Below are positions 62,584-64,000 of a stretch of 64,000 nt of DNA, one piece after another (positions within the stretch are counted from its first letter, which is position 1; every line of letters begins with the position of its first letter). Under the pieces are notes generated by a model that saw nothing but the letters and a program-made list of their open reading frames with translations, was not told the origin of the DNA and ran no database searches. The position numbers and the translations under genes are program-made. Origin of the DNA: Paraspadella gotoi (lineage: Eukaryota; Animalia; Chaetognatha); assembly GCA_051294375.1 (NCBI GenBank), contig CM119269.1:7160778-7224777 (forward strand). Reading direction: 5' to 3'.

Positions 62584-64000
62584 NNNNNNNNNNNNNNNNN
62601 NNNNNNNNNNNNNNNNNNNNNNNNNNNNNNNNNNNNNNNNNNNNNNNNNNNNNNNNNNNNNNNNNNNNNNNNNNNNNNNNNNNNNNNNNNNNNNNNNNNN
62701 NNNNNNNNNNNNNNNNNNNNNNNNNNNNNNNNNNNNNNNNNNNNNNNNNNNNNNNNNNNNNNNNNNNNNNNGAATAAAACCAGATGCCCAACTTTTTTTC
62801 TTCCAAATCGAATCATCGTTAATTTGATGGATTCGATGTCAACAAAGTTTAATTGTAAACAAACAAAGTGAAAAAAATTAAACAAACTATCAACCCAATT
62901 TAATTATGAACAAACAAAGTTTATAAAAAAATATAATTTTAACTTGATTTTATTAAATAAAAAAACCTAGTCTCCAATAAATTTTATTTTTTATTTTTAT
63001 ATTATATATTTGCATTTATTATATAAATTTATAAATATTATCAATATAATATNNNNNNNNNNNNNNNNNNNNNNNNNNNNNNNNNNNNNNNNNNNNNNNN
63101 NNNNNNNNNNNNNNNNNNNNNNNNNNNNNNNNNNNNNNNNNNNNNNNNNNNNNNNNNNNNNNNNNNNNNNNNNNNNNNNNNNNNNNNNNNNNNNNNNNNN
63201 NNNNNNNNNNNNNNNNNNNNNNNNNNNNNNNNNNNNNNNNNNNNNNNNNNNNNNNNNNNNNNNNNNNNNNNNNNNNNNNNNNNNNNNNNNNNNNNNNNNN
63301 NNNNNNNNTTTTTCCCAAACGTGACAAGCGGAACTTTTAAAAGTCAGGCGGCGCCAGGCTCTTCACTTTCATCGACTATTTTCATGTTATTTCTTTCTTT
63401 TATTTTCTCTCTTTCTCTCTCTATCCCTCTCTCTCTCTGTCTCTCTCTTTTTTTCTCTTTCTCTCTCCCTCTTCCCTCATCCCCCTGACATTCTTCCTTC
63501 AAATTGATTTTTTTTTTATTCCTAGGTTTTCTGGCGCAAATTGTATTTTTTCTCTTTGTATCTTTCCGCAGAATAAAATGGATACTTTGACGAAGAGACA
63601 TTAGTTAGGCAAAACTTATATACTTAATCCTAAACCAAATTTTCAAAAAGGGACTCCATTACTAGTCATTGTTTCGACTACTAATTGACCGAGAGCTGGA
63701 AAAAAGGATCGTTATTTGTTAATTTTTAATTACAGCAGATTTTCCTTGATAAGAATTACTGTTAATATATAAAGTTATATCTTTGCAATGACTGATTAAT
63801 TTCAATCCGCTTGCTTCTCGCATCCAGTCTTTTCCTTCCCTTTCTCTTCTGTCATTCATTGTCGGTCGACATTGGGTGACCCTCGGTGATCCGTGACCAT
63901 TCGCTCGATCCGGCTCACGCTCGCTTGTATTCGAACGTTCGCTTCACCACGACCGATCACTCTTACCGATCACGTGAACGATTTCAGCGATCACGTGATT

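Overview
Eukaryotic (animal-like) genomic scaffold, not prokaryotic. It is AT-rich, dense in (AG/CT)n, (GAC/GTC)n, (TTG)n and (AATG)n microsatellites and broken by about 22 N-gaps. Three gaps are exactly 25 N, and several kb-scale near-tandem duplicates differ mostly by 1-bp indels, which suggests gap filling with uncorrected long reads. Almost all ORFs in the supplied track are microsatellite or gap artefacts. The best-supported gene is a plus-strand, intron-rich, highly divergent cadherin-repeat protein: three phase-matched GT-AG exons at 52513-54506, a reconstructed signal-peptide exon near 50194, a noisy duplicate at 42.9-47.7 kb, and further cadherin-like pieces at 38.9-40.6 kb and 57.5-57.8 kb. 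Weaker candidates are a terminal exon of a Cys-rich single-pass membrane protein (32282-32585), a type II membrane protein first exon (minus, 35.3-35.6 kb), an LRRNT/LRR exon (58.5-58.7 kb) and a possible TGF-beta-family prodomain split over exons at 1.7-6.0 kb. Mobile DNA includes a ~3-kb DINE-1/HINE-like (Helentron-type) element present twice, a tRNA-derived SINE, a ~200-bp MITE and a ~270-bp dispersed repeat. No CRISPR array, rRNA, intact tRNA or clearly novel multi-gene system could be supported. All protein family calls are by-eye motif matches, not database results.
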